Shown: positions 32,769-46,400 of the stretch, one piece after another
Layout: each line of letters begins with the position of its first letter
How positions within the stretch are numbered: the first letter of the stretch is position 1
Assembly (NCBI GenBank): GCA_021613535.1
Contig: CP075495.1
Location: 1,922,001 to 1,986,000, forward strand
Length of the DNA stretch: 64,000 nt
Direction: 5' to 3'
From: Adineta vaga
Taxonomy: Eukaryota; Animalia; Rotifera
Made by a program: the position numbers and the translations under genes
The notes under the pieces: generated by a model
Database searches by the model: none
Told to the model about the DNA's origin: nothing
What the model saw: the letters and a program-made list of their open reading frames with translations, nothing else

Positions 32769-35123
32769 TTACATCGTTTCGATCTAAAGAAAAAGTTTCA
32801 TTTTATTAAAATAAATGATTTCAATTGTATATATCTTACTAGATCATCAATCTTTAAGATTGATCGAACAGTTTCAGTAGCTAAACGAATAGCACTAACT
32901 GAAACAAGTAATGGTTGAACAACATTTTCTTCGAGAATATTCGAGATGAGACCCTAAATAAATGTTATTTATCATTATCTTTTTAAATATATATTTATAT
33001 ATATATCGTTAAATTACTTTTCGAACATTAATACCAGCATTTGTATCGTTTTGTGCATGACGATTTCTTAATTCTGTAACAGTAGCAATTGGATTTAATC
33101 CAGCATTTTCAGCTAATGTATATGGAATAACCTCAAGAGCTTCAGCAAATGCACGAATACAATATTGATCAACACCTGATAAACTTTGAGCATATTCCGA
33201 TAAACGAACAGCTAACTCAATTTCCGGTGCTGCACCACCAGCAATCAATGCACTAAATTATAATAAAAAAGACATGAAGAATTGATTTATTTTACTTAAT
33301 ATAATTCAATAACAAACCGTTCTTTAACAAGACATCGAATAACGCAAAGAGCATCATGAATAGATCGATCAGCTTCATCAAGTACTAATTTATTTGAACC
33401 ACGTAATAAAATTGATATTGTATGACCTGGATGAGCAACACCTGTGATCTATTGATGCAGATGAAATGAATGTGACTTTGAGAAGATCTTTGTCTCTATC
33501 GAATTTTAAAATACCTTAACAATTTTATCCGAACCAGCAGTAATTTCTTCGACGAGATCAGCTGTGCCTAACATTTCTTGTTGAAAATGATCTAAACTTG
33601 CAATTGGTTTACAACCAAGTGTCTAAAATGATCAAAATAATATTCTTGTCTTTCACTAATAACATCGTTTTGTGTTTTCGAAAATTTACTTTAGCGATGA
33701 ATGGTACATCTTCACGTTCAACATCTTTAACAATTAAAATCTTCATTTTAGCCAAATAATGTATAGCTAAATCACTGATAGCGTCACGTAAAATTGATTT
33801 TTGAATCAATAATACATTGCAACTAGTTTTCTTGATTTGCTTGATTATATTTAATATATATTGTCGTTCTTCTTTGATCACGCGATCCATTTGTGCATGA
33901 TCACTAATAATTACTGCATTTTCCATCTAAATTATAGTAAAAAAAATAAAATTCATGAAAATCTTTGTTTAGTTGACATAAATTACATCAGTTTTTGGTG
34001 GTGAAATACAAAATTGAATTAAAGCAATTTTTGCTTTTTCAATACGTGTTGGTGCACCAAAACCAATTGTTTTTTGATCAAGAACAAGACCATCAACAAG
34101 TTCAGTATCTTCAATAGTACCACTAAAAAAAACGTTATTGATCTAGAGAATTGAAATCAAGTTTTCCAAATGATTTTTACCCTAATTTTTTGACAATACG
34201 AATATCCCGAAGATCAACATTACGGTCAACAGCTGGATCAATTACTTTCAATACAGCTTGAACAGCAATTGGTGCAAGAAGATGAGTATGTTGTGAAACA
34301 ACCTAAACGTATGTTTGAATGTATTAGCGAATATGTATTCGTTTTTGAATTACCTTCGAATTTAATGCAGTTGAAGCACTTCGATGTAATGAATCTTTAT
34401 CACTAAGTTCTATAGGTATGCTAATACTCTTGAGAATTTCTGTTGCTTTATCAGCTGCTTTTTCGAATGCATCAGCAATAGCTGTTGGATGGAGACCTAA
34501 ACATTAGAAATTTAAAGAATAAGCATTCATTCATTTTCAACTGAAATATTGAAGAAAATTTAGTCGTTTATTATTTTCGAATTACCTTTGGCGACCAAAC
34601 GACTAGCAGCATCAAGTAGACTACCAGCAAGAACAACAACAGTTGTGGTACCATCACCAGCTTCGATATCTTGGGCTTTAGATAATTCAACCAACTAAAA
34701 TAAAGAAAACAAATACTTCACTATAAAAAGAAACAAACATTCAATTATAAACAATAACAGACCATCTTTGCAGCAGGATGTATAACCGACATTTGTTTAA
34801 GAATTGTAGCACCGTCATTAGTAATTGTAACTTCACCATTACCAGTTTGAATCATTTTATCCATACCACGTGGTCCTAAACTTGTTCGAACAGCATCAGC
34901 AACCGCTAAAATCAATTGATGTTTATTCATTATTATATTGAACATAAAAACTTCTCATTTTCTTACCTTTCGCAGCAACAATGTTCGAATTTCGGATGGC
35001 ATCTGGTCGTTGTCGTGTTTTAAATCCTCCATCACCCATTTGACCTGAACCTGGTGCACCTTTGACACCACTAGCATGTGCAGCAACTGATGCGAATGAT
35101 TTTGTTGAATCACTGGTTGTCAT
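32769..35123 (-). CDS. CCT4: T-complex protein 1 subunit delta
   Basis: [90 protein letters not shown]. Multi-exon. Confidence 0.96.
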
Positions 35124-35543
35124 ATCTAAAATTTTGATCTTAAAGACAAACAAACAATACAATGGTTAGATATTTTGTTTGATTTTGCTAGTTAATATAC
35201 GTATATGCTATCGAACGACGAGATTCGAAATAATCAATGATTATCGGGACAAGAAAAAGAAAAGAAGACACATTTGACACATGAAAATGAAAAAAGGTCA
35301 AGATGAACAATAACAACAGCAAAAAAAGATGATCTCTAATAGACATAGATATATATATTTTCAACAGAAACAAAGAATGAAAAAGAACATAAAGTAGAGC
35401 AAAAGAAAGTTTAGAAGAAGAAAAAGAAGAATCAATGTTGTTTGTCTATTTGTTTGTTTGTCTAACCAAAGAACTATACAAAGAAAAAGAGGAGAATTTT
35501 TTCCTGTTTATTCTTCATTCGAATCATTCTGTATTGAAGGTTT

Positions 35544-37089
35544 TTAATAAGCTCGTTCACGATAACGTGATGAGGAATATCGACTTGATGATGGCGATGG
35601 TGAACGATGATGAGAACGACTATTACTATGTGGACTATGACGACTACGTTCACGATCGCGATCGCCCCGATCGCCGCGATCACGGTCACGATCTCGATCT
35701 CTTGAATGTTGATTTTGTTGTTTATATTGTTTAGCTGCTTCATGATGATCATAAAAACATCGATCCGAATAGCGACAAAATCCATGACGAAGATAATACC
35801 GACAAGGTAATGTCCTTGAGATTAAAATGAAAAGAAAATATATCAAATTTATTCACTAAGATTTTCTTTTCGAGAAAGAAATAGTTCATTTAATTATTCC
35901 ATTAATACAAACGTCGATAAACTAAGACTGGTATAGATAGAATATTCACCACATCTATACATACATTAACATATATATATATATTTCTTGATATTATGTA
36001 TATGTATATAAAAAGTTCGTTTCATCTTCCAAAATAAACTGGATATAAAATGTTTCTAACAAGCAGCCAGAGTAATGATAATACTCGTTTAAGTAAAATA
36101 ATTCATATTAAATTAAATAAGACTGTTTAAGAACAACTGGCTTAATCTAAGGAAGAACTCGTTTGATGAATAAAAACACAGGTCTAGTAGAATGAAGAGA
36201 GTGCGTTCATAACTGTCGATATATTTCCTAGTAGGATGGATGAATGAATGAATGATTAATTTGTTTTTTTTTTCAAATATAAATCTTTCTCATTAATATT
36301 ATGAACTATTATGATTATTTGAACACTTACTTTAGATGATTTTTATGTTTTTTAACAATACGATATTTATCATCTTTGTTGTCAAACCATTGTTTACTTG
36401 GCGTTATAAATGCTGAACGAACTTTACAGACTGGACAACTAAAAGAAGAAAAAAAGAATTTATTTTTATTCAATTATTAATTTAAATCCTCATCTTACCT
36501 TTCCGATTCAGCATTATTATATTTTGAACGTTTCCATGATACAATACATTCATAGCAACTAAAAGAAAAATATCTTCAAGACAAATAATTGATTACGCAA
36601 TTTAAACATACAAAATATGATCGCAATTGTCCAGAACACCGAAGAGACGTTTTGCTGCTTCGACATCCGTTGAACAAATGGCGCAAATATGTCGACCAGA
36701 ATCAGCATCACTACCTTTTCGTCGACGTCGTTTCGATGATGAACTCGATTGACGAGGTGGTGATGGCGAACGATTGCTATTATTATTGTTCGTATTATTA
36801 CGAGGTGGGGGTGATTTTGAACCTTCAATAGAGCTACGACTAGGTGAACGAGATGTTGGCGAACGTGGGGATGGTGTACGACTAAGTTAAAAAAAAGAAG
36901 AATAGAAAAAGAAATGTTGATTTATTTGCTTTTTTTGTCCTACTTTGAATTGTCCCGGCGACGCTTTTGCATGGCTGATGATTGTCGAGCCGAATGTCCA
37001 TTACTTTCTTTTTCATCAGCAGGATTCATACTTGAACGAGAATGAGATCGAGGTAATGGATCAGGTGATATTGACCGTTCAGAACTCAT
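35544..37089 (-). CDS. Makorin-like RING (C3HC4) plus CCCH zinc-finger protein flanked by RS/RD-rich regions
   Basis: Spliced product contains CAICSTDVEAAKRLFGVLDNCDHIFCYECIVSWK...SCPVCKVRSAFITPSKQWFDNKDDK...LPCRYYLRHGFCRYSDRCFYDH. N-terminus SP/RS-rich; C-terminus RDRDRDR...RSRHSP. Confidence 0.85.
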
Positions 37090-37233
37090 TCTTGTCTTGA
37101 CCAATATTAAATTGAATCTGAAACAGAGAATGAATAAGAAACGAGAAAGAAAAAACTATCTTCCATCATTCTATCAACAAACAAATAAACAGACGAATAG
37201 GCAGATAGAAACAAATGTCGTACACGAATAACA

Positions 37234-37246
37234 ATTGCTTAGCAAA
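37234..37246. promoter_or_regulatory. Degenerate RFX X-box in the divergent promoter
   Basis: ATTGCTTAGCAAA resembles GTTGCTTAGCAAC and lies ~250 nt upstream of a ciliary-type gene. Confidence 0.3.
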
Positions 37247-37494
37247 GAGAAAAATGATGAAGAAATATTTGTTTAAATAGATTTTTAAAATGAATTCATT
37301 TTCTTCATTGATTTTCTCTAATAATTCTATTTTCAATTAAATTTTTCATTTCAATTATAAATTCATATTTCGATAGATGTCGTTCATATCAATAGAGTTT
37401 TTATACGATGGATGTTACTAAGAAACATGAATGCAAATGAAATTGATGCTCAAACCAAGTTGTTCTTATTAAAAATCAATTTTCTATCGAAAAC

Positions 37495-40400
37495 ATGGAT
37501 GAACGTCACTGGTGGATTGCCTCAAAAGTCGAACAAACATTTTGTATTGATAAAACATCATCGACCGATGCCTCATTTACTGAAACATTCTTTCGTCGAC
37601 CTGATGTTTTGAGTAAAATCAATAGTTTCCTATTTGCTAAAGGTTCAAATAAATTATTTTTCTATACAACCCGTGATAATCTTTACGCAAAAGAGATTAT
37701 CTGTTGTAATAATATTATCGATGAATATACACTCGTTAATGAATCATTAGATAATCTAATTCTCTTATTTTTTATTCGATCGGATACGAGTTCTGATGCG
37801 ACGATTTCACCTGTATCTGATATATATTCAGGAGAAATAAAACATCCAACACAAATGACATCATTACTTTATTCACAAACATTATTAACTTTATTTAAAA
37901 AGGAATTAACAGCCAATACACAAGATAGTTACAATCAAACAACAACAAAAACATCAATTATTACTCAAATGGAAAAACAAATCGATGGTATTACTGCAAC
38001 ATGTCATTCATTACATAAAGATAAGAATTTAGTACGTAGAAAAATAATATTTAGACAAGAGAAAAAAAGTAGATTGTTATGTTTATATTTTTAAGTTATT
38101 AAAACGTGCTGATGCTGAAACATTACATCAATTGAAACAAACGGGACGTTCAACAACAGATAGTCCAGTTATTCGTAATTGTGAAACATTAGTTTTATCA
38201 TGGATAACAACGATTGAAAATGTTCTTCAAGATATTTTTGGTGAAGAGTATGTCATTTTTTTTATGTTTTATAATAAGAAATATTTCAATCGATTACATT
38301 TTTCTTCAAAGTTCTATTCATCCTTCACTTGGTCCATTGAGTGAAATTGAACGTTGGACACGTAAACAACGTTTGATTAATAATTTACTTGAACAATTAA
38401 AATCGAAAGAATGTAAAGCAATTATCGGTGCTTTGATTACATCAAAATCGAAAGTTATTCGAAAATGGAAAGCAATTGATGTATCGTAAGTATTGAAATA
38501 AAACGTTTTTTTCGTATTGAAAATGATCATATGATTTTATTTGAAAACAAAAAAAATAGAATAACTGAAGCTCAAAATGAATGTCGTGATAAAACAAAAT
38601 TTCTCGAATCAATTCGACGTTATTTAGAAAATTTAACAGAAGATGCACATCCACAAAATTGTGCAGTGAATATTTTACCAGCACTATGTGATGCAATGCG
38701 TACAGTTGAATCAGTATCGAGATATTATGCACGACAAGGTTATCTTGGTTGGATTTTTTCTAAAGTAACTAATCAATTAGTTAAAATTTGTAAACATCAT
38801 ATGAATAATGATGATATTACACTACTTTGGCCTAAACTTTTCGAAGAAATTCAAACAGGAGGAATTATCGATGATATTAAAGAAAATTTTCATTTAGATA
38901 AACGAGTAAATAATTCACGAATGAAATTTCTTTCTTATCAGTCTCTTTTAAAATAGGATATCAAACGTTTTCGTGAAGTTCCTAAAGGTTCAATACCATT
39001 GGAAACAAATGCTAATGGTGAAAGTACATTTCAACGTCTTAAAAATTGTCTTCTTCTATTAGCATCATACAAAGAAACATTTCGAACGTTACGCGATGCA
39101 CTTGGTGGTGTACAAATGTTAGCAACAACTGCATTTTCATCTGCATCATCAACTGTCAGTGGAACAACGTTAGTAATTCTTTCCTATGAACAATAATCAT
39201 TTTAAAAGAAATTTTCACTTTCATATTTAGAAGTTCACATACACGTGATTTGAGTCAATCACGACATCAAATTAGACGATCAAGTGGAATATTAATGTCT
39301 GAAGATGAGAAAATCTTTCAAAATTTAGAAGATTTTTGTCATCAAATTGAACAAATGTTAGATATGACAATTACATTAAATCAATTTTCTCAGTATGAAA
39401 AAAAAAGAAATCTTTTCTAGTTTTACGTCATTTCAATGATATTTTAGACTTATTTCTTCAACAATTCGATTACCAAAACCTAAACGAAAAGATATTATGG
39501 ATGCTGAACAACTTGCTAATCGTATTGGTAAGAAAATATCTCTTTAGATACGATCATTGAATCAATGGTATTCATTTTTAGATTCTTCAACACATAAAGG
39601 AACGAATACAGATGATAATAATCTTGAGAATACATCCGATGAAGGTATTGATGATGGTGGAAGTGATTCCGGTGCTGCTCCTTATGATTATCTTCTTTCA
39701 TCTGTATCGAAAACTGATCTTGAATTAATAAGTATAGTCAATTTTCTCTTCAAAACTTTTTTATTTCATTTTTTTCTTCTATTTTAAAAGAAAAACATTA
39801 CGATGATGAAGAAGAATCTCTACCATTAAATATTTTCCTTGCTAATGGTGTTGAACAATTGAAATCTTTGTTAACAGATGCATCTCCATCGAATGATGAA
39901 GAAACAAATAAGTATATATCATCTTCATTCTATTGATGATATTATACATATATATATATATGTGTTTTTTGTATTCAAAGATTTGATTCAATTCATAAAC
40001 AATTTACTTCAACTACACGAGAACTTGAACATTTAATTGGTGCTTATATAAATGTGATGTTTTCGAAAACAAAACGTACACAAGAAGGTTTAGCTATTCT
40101 CGCTAGTTTTGAACCTATTTGTGAACGAAATTATCTTCGTCCAATACTTCGAGATGCTTATGTCAATTTATTTCTAAGTAAATTTCTCTTATTTTTTATT
40201 CAAATAAAATTTCTCTTTTACTTTTTCTAAAAAAAGATTTTGAAAATGATCTTATGGATATTCGAACAAGTTTTGAAGCACAAAAAGATGATCCACCCTT
40301 ACCACGAAATGCACCACCTATTGCTGGTAAGTTATTTTTTATTTTTTTCTCAAAATTACTTTCTCTCTTTTCAGGTGCCATTGCATGGTCACGAACATTA

Positions 40401-43400
40401 TTAACTAAAATGGAACAAGCAATGGATGTATTTAAAACAAATCGTCATATAACTGCTGTAGGAAATTTTTCACTTATATCGAAACTTTATAATCATACAG
40501 CAAAAACTTTACTTGTTTACGAACAATTATTATTAACACGATGGAAAGAAAAATTAGATGTATGGAAAGATCATTTAAATACAAGTTTATTATGTTTAGT
40601 TAATGATAATGATAAGAATAGACAAATTGAAATCAATTCTAATCTTGAATTATTTTCTATATTTGATGAAGTCAAATGGTTTAAACGACTTGATGTTGAT
40701 ATTCCAAAAGCAGCACTTGTTTGCATACAAAAGGTAAAAGAAATCATTGTAACAACTTTTGAGAGTACCTGTTTGATTTGATTTCGAATATAAATGATGC
40801 TCCTAGTCATTATTTTTCATGGATAACAATTTCGACTTTATTATATATATTTTTTCTTTCTTTCTAGGAACAATCATTTAAACAATATAAATCATTACTT
40901 GAAGATCTACTTAAGCGTTTTTATGATTTACAAGCTCAAATTTATCCACCATTCTATTCATTATTTACTAGCAATTGACACAAGTCTATCGAGCATTTGA
41001 ACCCGGTCTACATACAATTAATTGGTCAAATCTTAATATTGATGCATTTATTGCTAAAGTTCATCGAGCACTCGATCGTTTCGAAACATTTATTTTGAAT
41101 ATTAATAATTTAATTGCTGAGAAAATTGATAGTATTCTTGATAATGATTTAATTAATTCTTCATGTTTGTTATTTTCTCCTGATTATATTCATTCGAAAT
41201 TATGGTCACCGATAGAATTCTATGAAAGTATATCAGTACATGTTAATGAACAAGCCATATTAATTGGAAAGAAACTTTTCGAAGTTCAACAACGATTTCA
41301 AGAAGTCGAAGATATGGTTAAAGTTAATTCATCACAACAAAAATCTCGTTCATCAACATCATCAACAACACGACGAACAAAAACACCAATCGTACCAAAT
41401 GAAGCTATGATAACATTTATTCGTTATTATCATGATAAAATGATTTCATGTATACAAAAAATAATTGAACGTAGTTTACATATATATCTTCAATTAGCTT
41501 CGGTATCTGAACAAAGTTATTTAAATGATCAAAAGAAATTAGTTGGAATTTTATTTGAAGGAGAATCGAATAATGAACAATTCAATCAAATTGATACAGA
41601 AAGAATTAGGTAAAACGATTTCTTCTTTTCTCAAAGAATTTAAATCATTAATTGTTCTTTTTTCTGGGGGAAAATTTAGAATTGGTTGTATAATGCAATA
41701 TGCTATACCAGAAATAAGTATCGATCCAGAATTAATTCTCTGTCAAAAATGTATTCGTGATGTAGCATATGCAATTATTAATTGTGAAAAACGGATAAGT
41801 GGTAATTGAACAATCAAATCATGATATAAATATTTCTTTTTCTTTTATTTTTAAAGAATCTGCTTGTTTTGATAATGAAACAGCACGTCGTTTAACATCT
41901 TCCATTGGATTAGATCCTTATGTTACAGAAATAATCAATCGTTTATCGTCTATTGATATTGATGTTACACGAATATCGGAAAATGCAGTTCAATATATTC
42001 GTACATTTGATTTTCTTTGGCATGATGATTCTCAATTACAATATCAAACAATTATTCAACAAGATGAAGATGGTGATGATTATACTATTATAATTGATCC
42101 AAATAATATTCCAACGAAAGAAACACGTCAATATCTTCAAAGTGAACTTGAACGTCTTGTACAAATTGAAGATCGATTAAATTTCTTTCCACATGAAATA
42201 CAAATTGGTTGTGTGTGTATTGAAACAATTCCAATAATTAATTCTCTTCGAACATTTATATTTAGTTGGAAAAGTCAATATGCTAAATTATTACATCGAT
42301 TTACGAAAACCGAATTAGATCAAGTTGTTACCTATCGACAACAAATTCAAGAAAGATTTAATGATAATGTTTCAACATTAGAACAATTAGATGAAGCATT
42401 AATTTTATTAGAAGAATTAAGTGAAATGGAAAATAAAATTGAGTATGTCAATGTGTGCTCGAAATTTATATAAAATGATATTTTGTTTTTCTTTCATTTT
42501 AGTTCGATTTATTTACCTATTGAAACAACTTATTCACTTTTAACACAAGTTTATAATATTCCTATTCCACGTGATGAATTACAAGAATGTTCTCAATTAC
42601 GTGATAAATGGTCAGCATTAATGTTAAATGCAGATCGTGTAAGAAAATTATTATTACAAGAACGTCGACAACAATTAGAACAAGAATTAGATAAACAAGT
42701 TAAATCATTTGTTGTTGAAGTAATTCGTTTTCGAAATGCATTCGATGTTGAAGGACCAAATGTACCTGATTTACCGCCATTAGAAGCTGCAAAACGTTTA
42801 CGAGATTTTCAAGAACAATATAGAATTATGCATCGACGTAAACAAACATTAAATTCTATCTCAACACTTTTTAGTTTACAACCAAAACAATTTCCTGAAT
42901 TGGATAAAACCGGAGAAGTATGTTCTATCGTTGGATATGATTTTTTATTTTATTGTTTTAACTAATTATCAAATAATCATAACCAAGAAAATATCAAATT
43001 TTGTTTTTCAGGAGATATATTTCAACAGGTGAGAGTAAAGATATTTATTATATGCATGATTATACGCGCTTATTATGCTTTCTATATATATTTTTCTTTT
43101 AACGAAACATCAATAACATTTTGTTATATATATATATATTTGTTTGTTTGTAGGAATTACTGTTACTGGATCAACTTTATATCTTATATAAGAAATATAT
43201 TGCATTTGATACAACCTTTCGTAATACTCTTTGGTCTGAAGTTGATTTAATTCAAAGTCAAAATGAATTGAATGATTTATGGACTGATTTTTGTAATCTT
43301 CCAACAAGATTACAAGAACGTATATGGACAGCATATTATGATCTTGAAGGACATTTGAAAAAATATCGTCAATTATTTCCGATATTATTTATGTTAAATG

Positions 43401-46400
43401 CTCGAGAAATTCGTAGTCGTCATTGGTTAAAGGTTATGCAAATAACTGGATGTCAATTTCAATTAGAATCAAGTATATTTAAATTAAATGATCTTTTAGA
43501 AATTCCATTAGATAAATATCAAGATGAAATATCAGCTGTTTGTTTTTCTGCACAAAAAGAATTAGAATTAGAAGTAAAAATGCGAAGTATTGAAGAAGAA
43601 TGGACTGAACAAATTCTAAATTTTGAACCATATAAAGATTATGGATCTATTGTATTAGAAAAACGTTATGTAGAACATTTACTAGAACATTTAGAAGATG
43701 GAGAAGAAATGTAAGCTCAGTTATTAATTAAAAAAGTCTTAGTAGATTCTTTGAATTCAATTTTAGACTTGCTCAAATGTTAACAACACGATATATTGAA
43801 CCTATGCGTGAAGAAGTCGCATCATGGTCAGATAAATTAAAAACAATTGGTGAAATTCTTGAACTTTGGCTTGAAGTACAAGATATGTGGTTAGGTGCCG
43901 AAAGTATATTTAATAATCCTTCAGCAGGAAAAGATATTTCATTAGAATCCAAACGATTCGTACGTGTTGATAAAACTTGGTTGAAAACTCAACGACAATC
44001 AGCTGAAGTTCGAAATGTTTTACAATGTTGTTTAAGTGAACCACCAAAGAAAGGTATTCTAAGAGAAATGCAAAAAGAATTAGAAATTTGTAATAAATCA
44101 ATTGCATTATATTTGGATCGTAAACGACAAGTTTTTCCACGATTTTATTTTCTTACAAATCGAACATTAATATCTTTATTAAGTCGACAAGATACAATTA
44201 GTTATATTAAACCACATTTTCATTCGTTATTCAATGGTATACATGATTTAAAAATAACTGTTACAAATTTTGATCATCCTAAAGTTGAAAGTGGACGACG
44301 AGTAAGCCTTTTATATTCAAATTGATTTTCTATATAGAACTATTTTCTTTTTTTCAAATAGAGTGCAGCTAATGGTGATTCTCGTTCTCATATTGATATT
44401 ACTGTTTTAACTCAACGTGAAATTGAACAAGTTATAAGTGATGATGGTGAATGCATGCAATTAGTTCAACCTGTTCCATTAGAAAAGTCAGTTGAACAAT
44501 GGCTGGCCGAATTACAAGAAACTGTTGGAGATACGATTCGAAATGATATTGCTTCATGTATTAAAGATCTTGATAGTGGTTTACCATTTGAAGAACTTGT
44601 TTCTAAAGTATGTAATATATTATCATGAATAATTTGTTTAATAGATTTTATTTTTAGTATACATGTCAAGTTTCATTAGTGGGTTTATTATATTCATGGA
44701 CACGTGAGATTGAAACGGGTATGATGGATGCAAAAACAGATCGTAAAGGTTTACATGCAGCATCAAAACGATTCTTAACATCAATTCAAAAGATGCCAGC
44801 AGTATTAACACGATCACAATGGAAAACAGCAACACAACCTGTTTTACATATTCATAAACTACGTTTAGAAGGAGTTCTATCGGTAAATTTATATCTTACA
44901 TGAATTGTTTTTCGTTTAAATCATTATCTATTTTAAAATAGTTTGTTTCTTATTTACGTGATAATATTGAAATTGTTTGTTCACGTCGTCGTGATTTAGC
45001 TGCTAAAGATTTTGATTGGCGACGATGTTTTCGAGTTTATCAAGCAACAGTACCACTACCACAAAAATCTGAACGAAAATCAACTGATAGTAATTTTATA
45101 GCAACACCAGTTCCTGCTGAACCTGTACGAATGCAAGTCTTAGATGATGTATTTACGTATGGAAGTGAATTCTATGGAGTTCATCAAACATTATGTATTA
45201 CACCAACAACAGAAAAATGTTTTCTCGGTATATGGGTTGCTCTATCATTTAAACGACCTGTACTTGTACAAGGCAAACAAGCTGTTGGAAAAATGTATAC
45301 AATTACGGTATTGTATTATTGAATTAAAAGAATTTCATTAGAATGAGAATGTTCTTGTTTTATATCATTAGAGTTTAGCTCATTTTCTTGGTCGATTTGT
45401 TGCTACGTTCGAATGTTCTCAACACGTTGATCCATCTTCTGTTGCTATGTTTATAACTGGTTTAGCTACGGTATATATATCTGCTATCTTGAACTACAAA
45501 TTTCACTATAAATTTTTGAATGTTTCAGGATGGATGTTGGGGAGTTTTTCATAATATTCATACATTACCTGTTAATGTTATATCAACACTTGCTGAACAT
45601 ATAACAACAGTTTGTGATGCACTTCGAGCAAATAATTCATCTGCTACAATCATTTCTGAAAATAGAGAGGTTTGAATTCATTGTTAAATGAATTGTTTGA
45701 TGTTTTTTTCTTTTTGCATCTTATAGATTACAATTCTACCATCTGTAGGAATTCTGGCAACACGAAATCCATTTGCTATTGATCCTAATAATGATCATCG
45801 TATAATTTTATCATTAGATATTCGTTCACGATTTCGTATGGTTTCTTTGGTTAAACCTGAAATTGATCAAATCTTTCGTATAAAATGTTTCGAACATAAT
45901 CTAAAGAATCCTAATAATATAGCCGAAAAACTTTCACTTCTCTACGAAACTATTCGATTATATTTGTAAGTTATAATCAATCGAAAATGTCTTGTCTTAT
46001 CCTATAGAAATCTATTTAGACCTATTGAACAACGTTCGATTATATCGTTAACATGCTTTCTTGATCTACTTCAATATGTCAATAATCTTAAAAAACGTAG
46101 TAATTCAAGACCAAATAGTATGACTTCTAGTGCAAATAAAATTGACGGTACATATATCATTCATGATCGATTCATTGTAAGAATTTGCTTATCTATTGTT
46201 TAGAAGTTCGACGATCATTAACCACTAAAACACCGTCGTATACTGGTATTAAATCAGATCAATTACTTTTGGCACAATTATTTATTGATGTGATCGGTGC
46301 TCGATTAGATCCCGAAGTATGTAGATTGATGAGAAAATTTCATCTATATTTATTATTTCTAGAATGCTAAAACATTTCGAACATGTGTACTTGATATTTT

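Noticed and set aside
35435-35785. Overlapping D/H- or I/V-rich ORFs in the ORF track
   Set aside because: Shadow frames of the RD/RS repeat in the makorin-like last exon.
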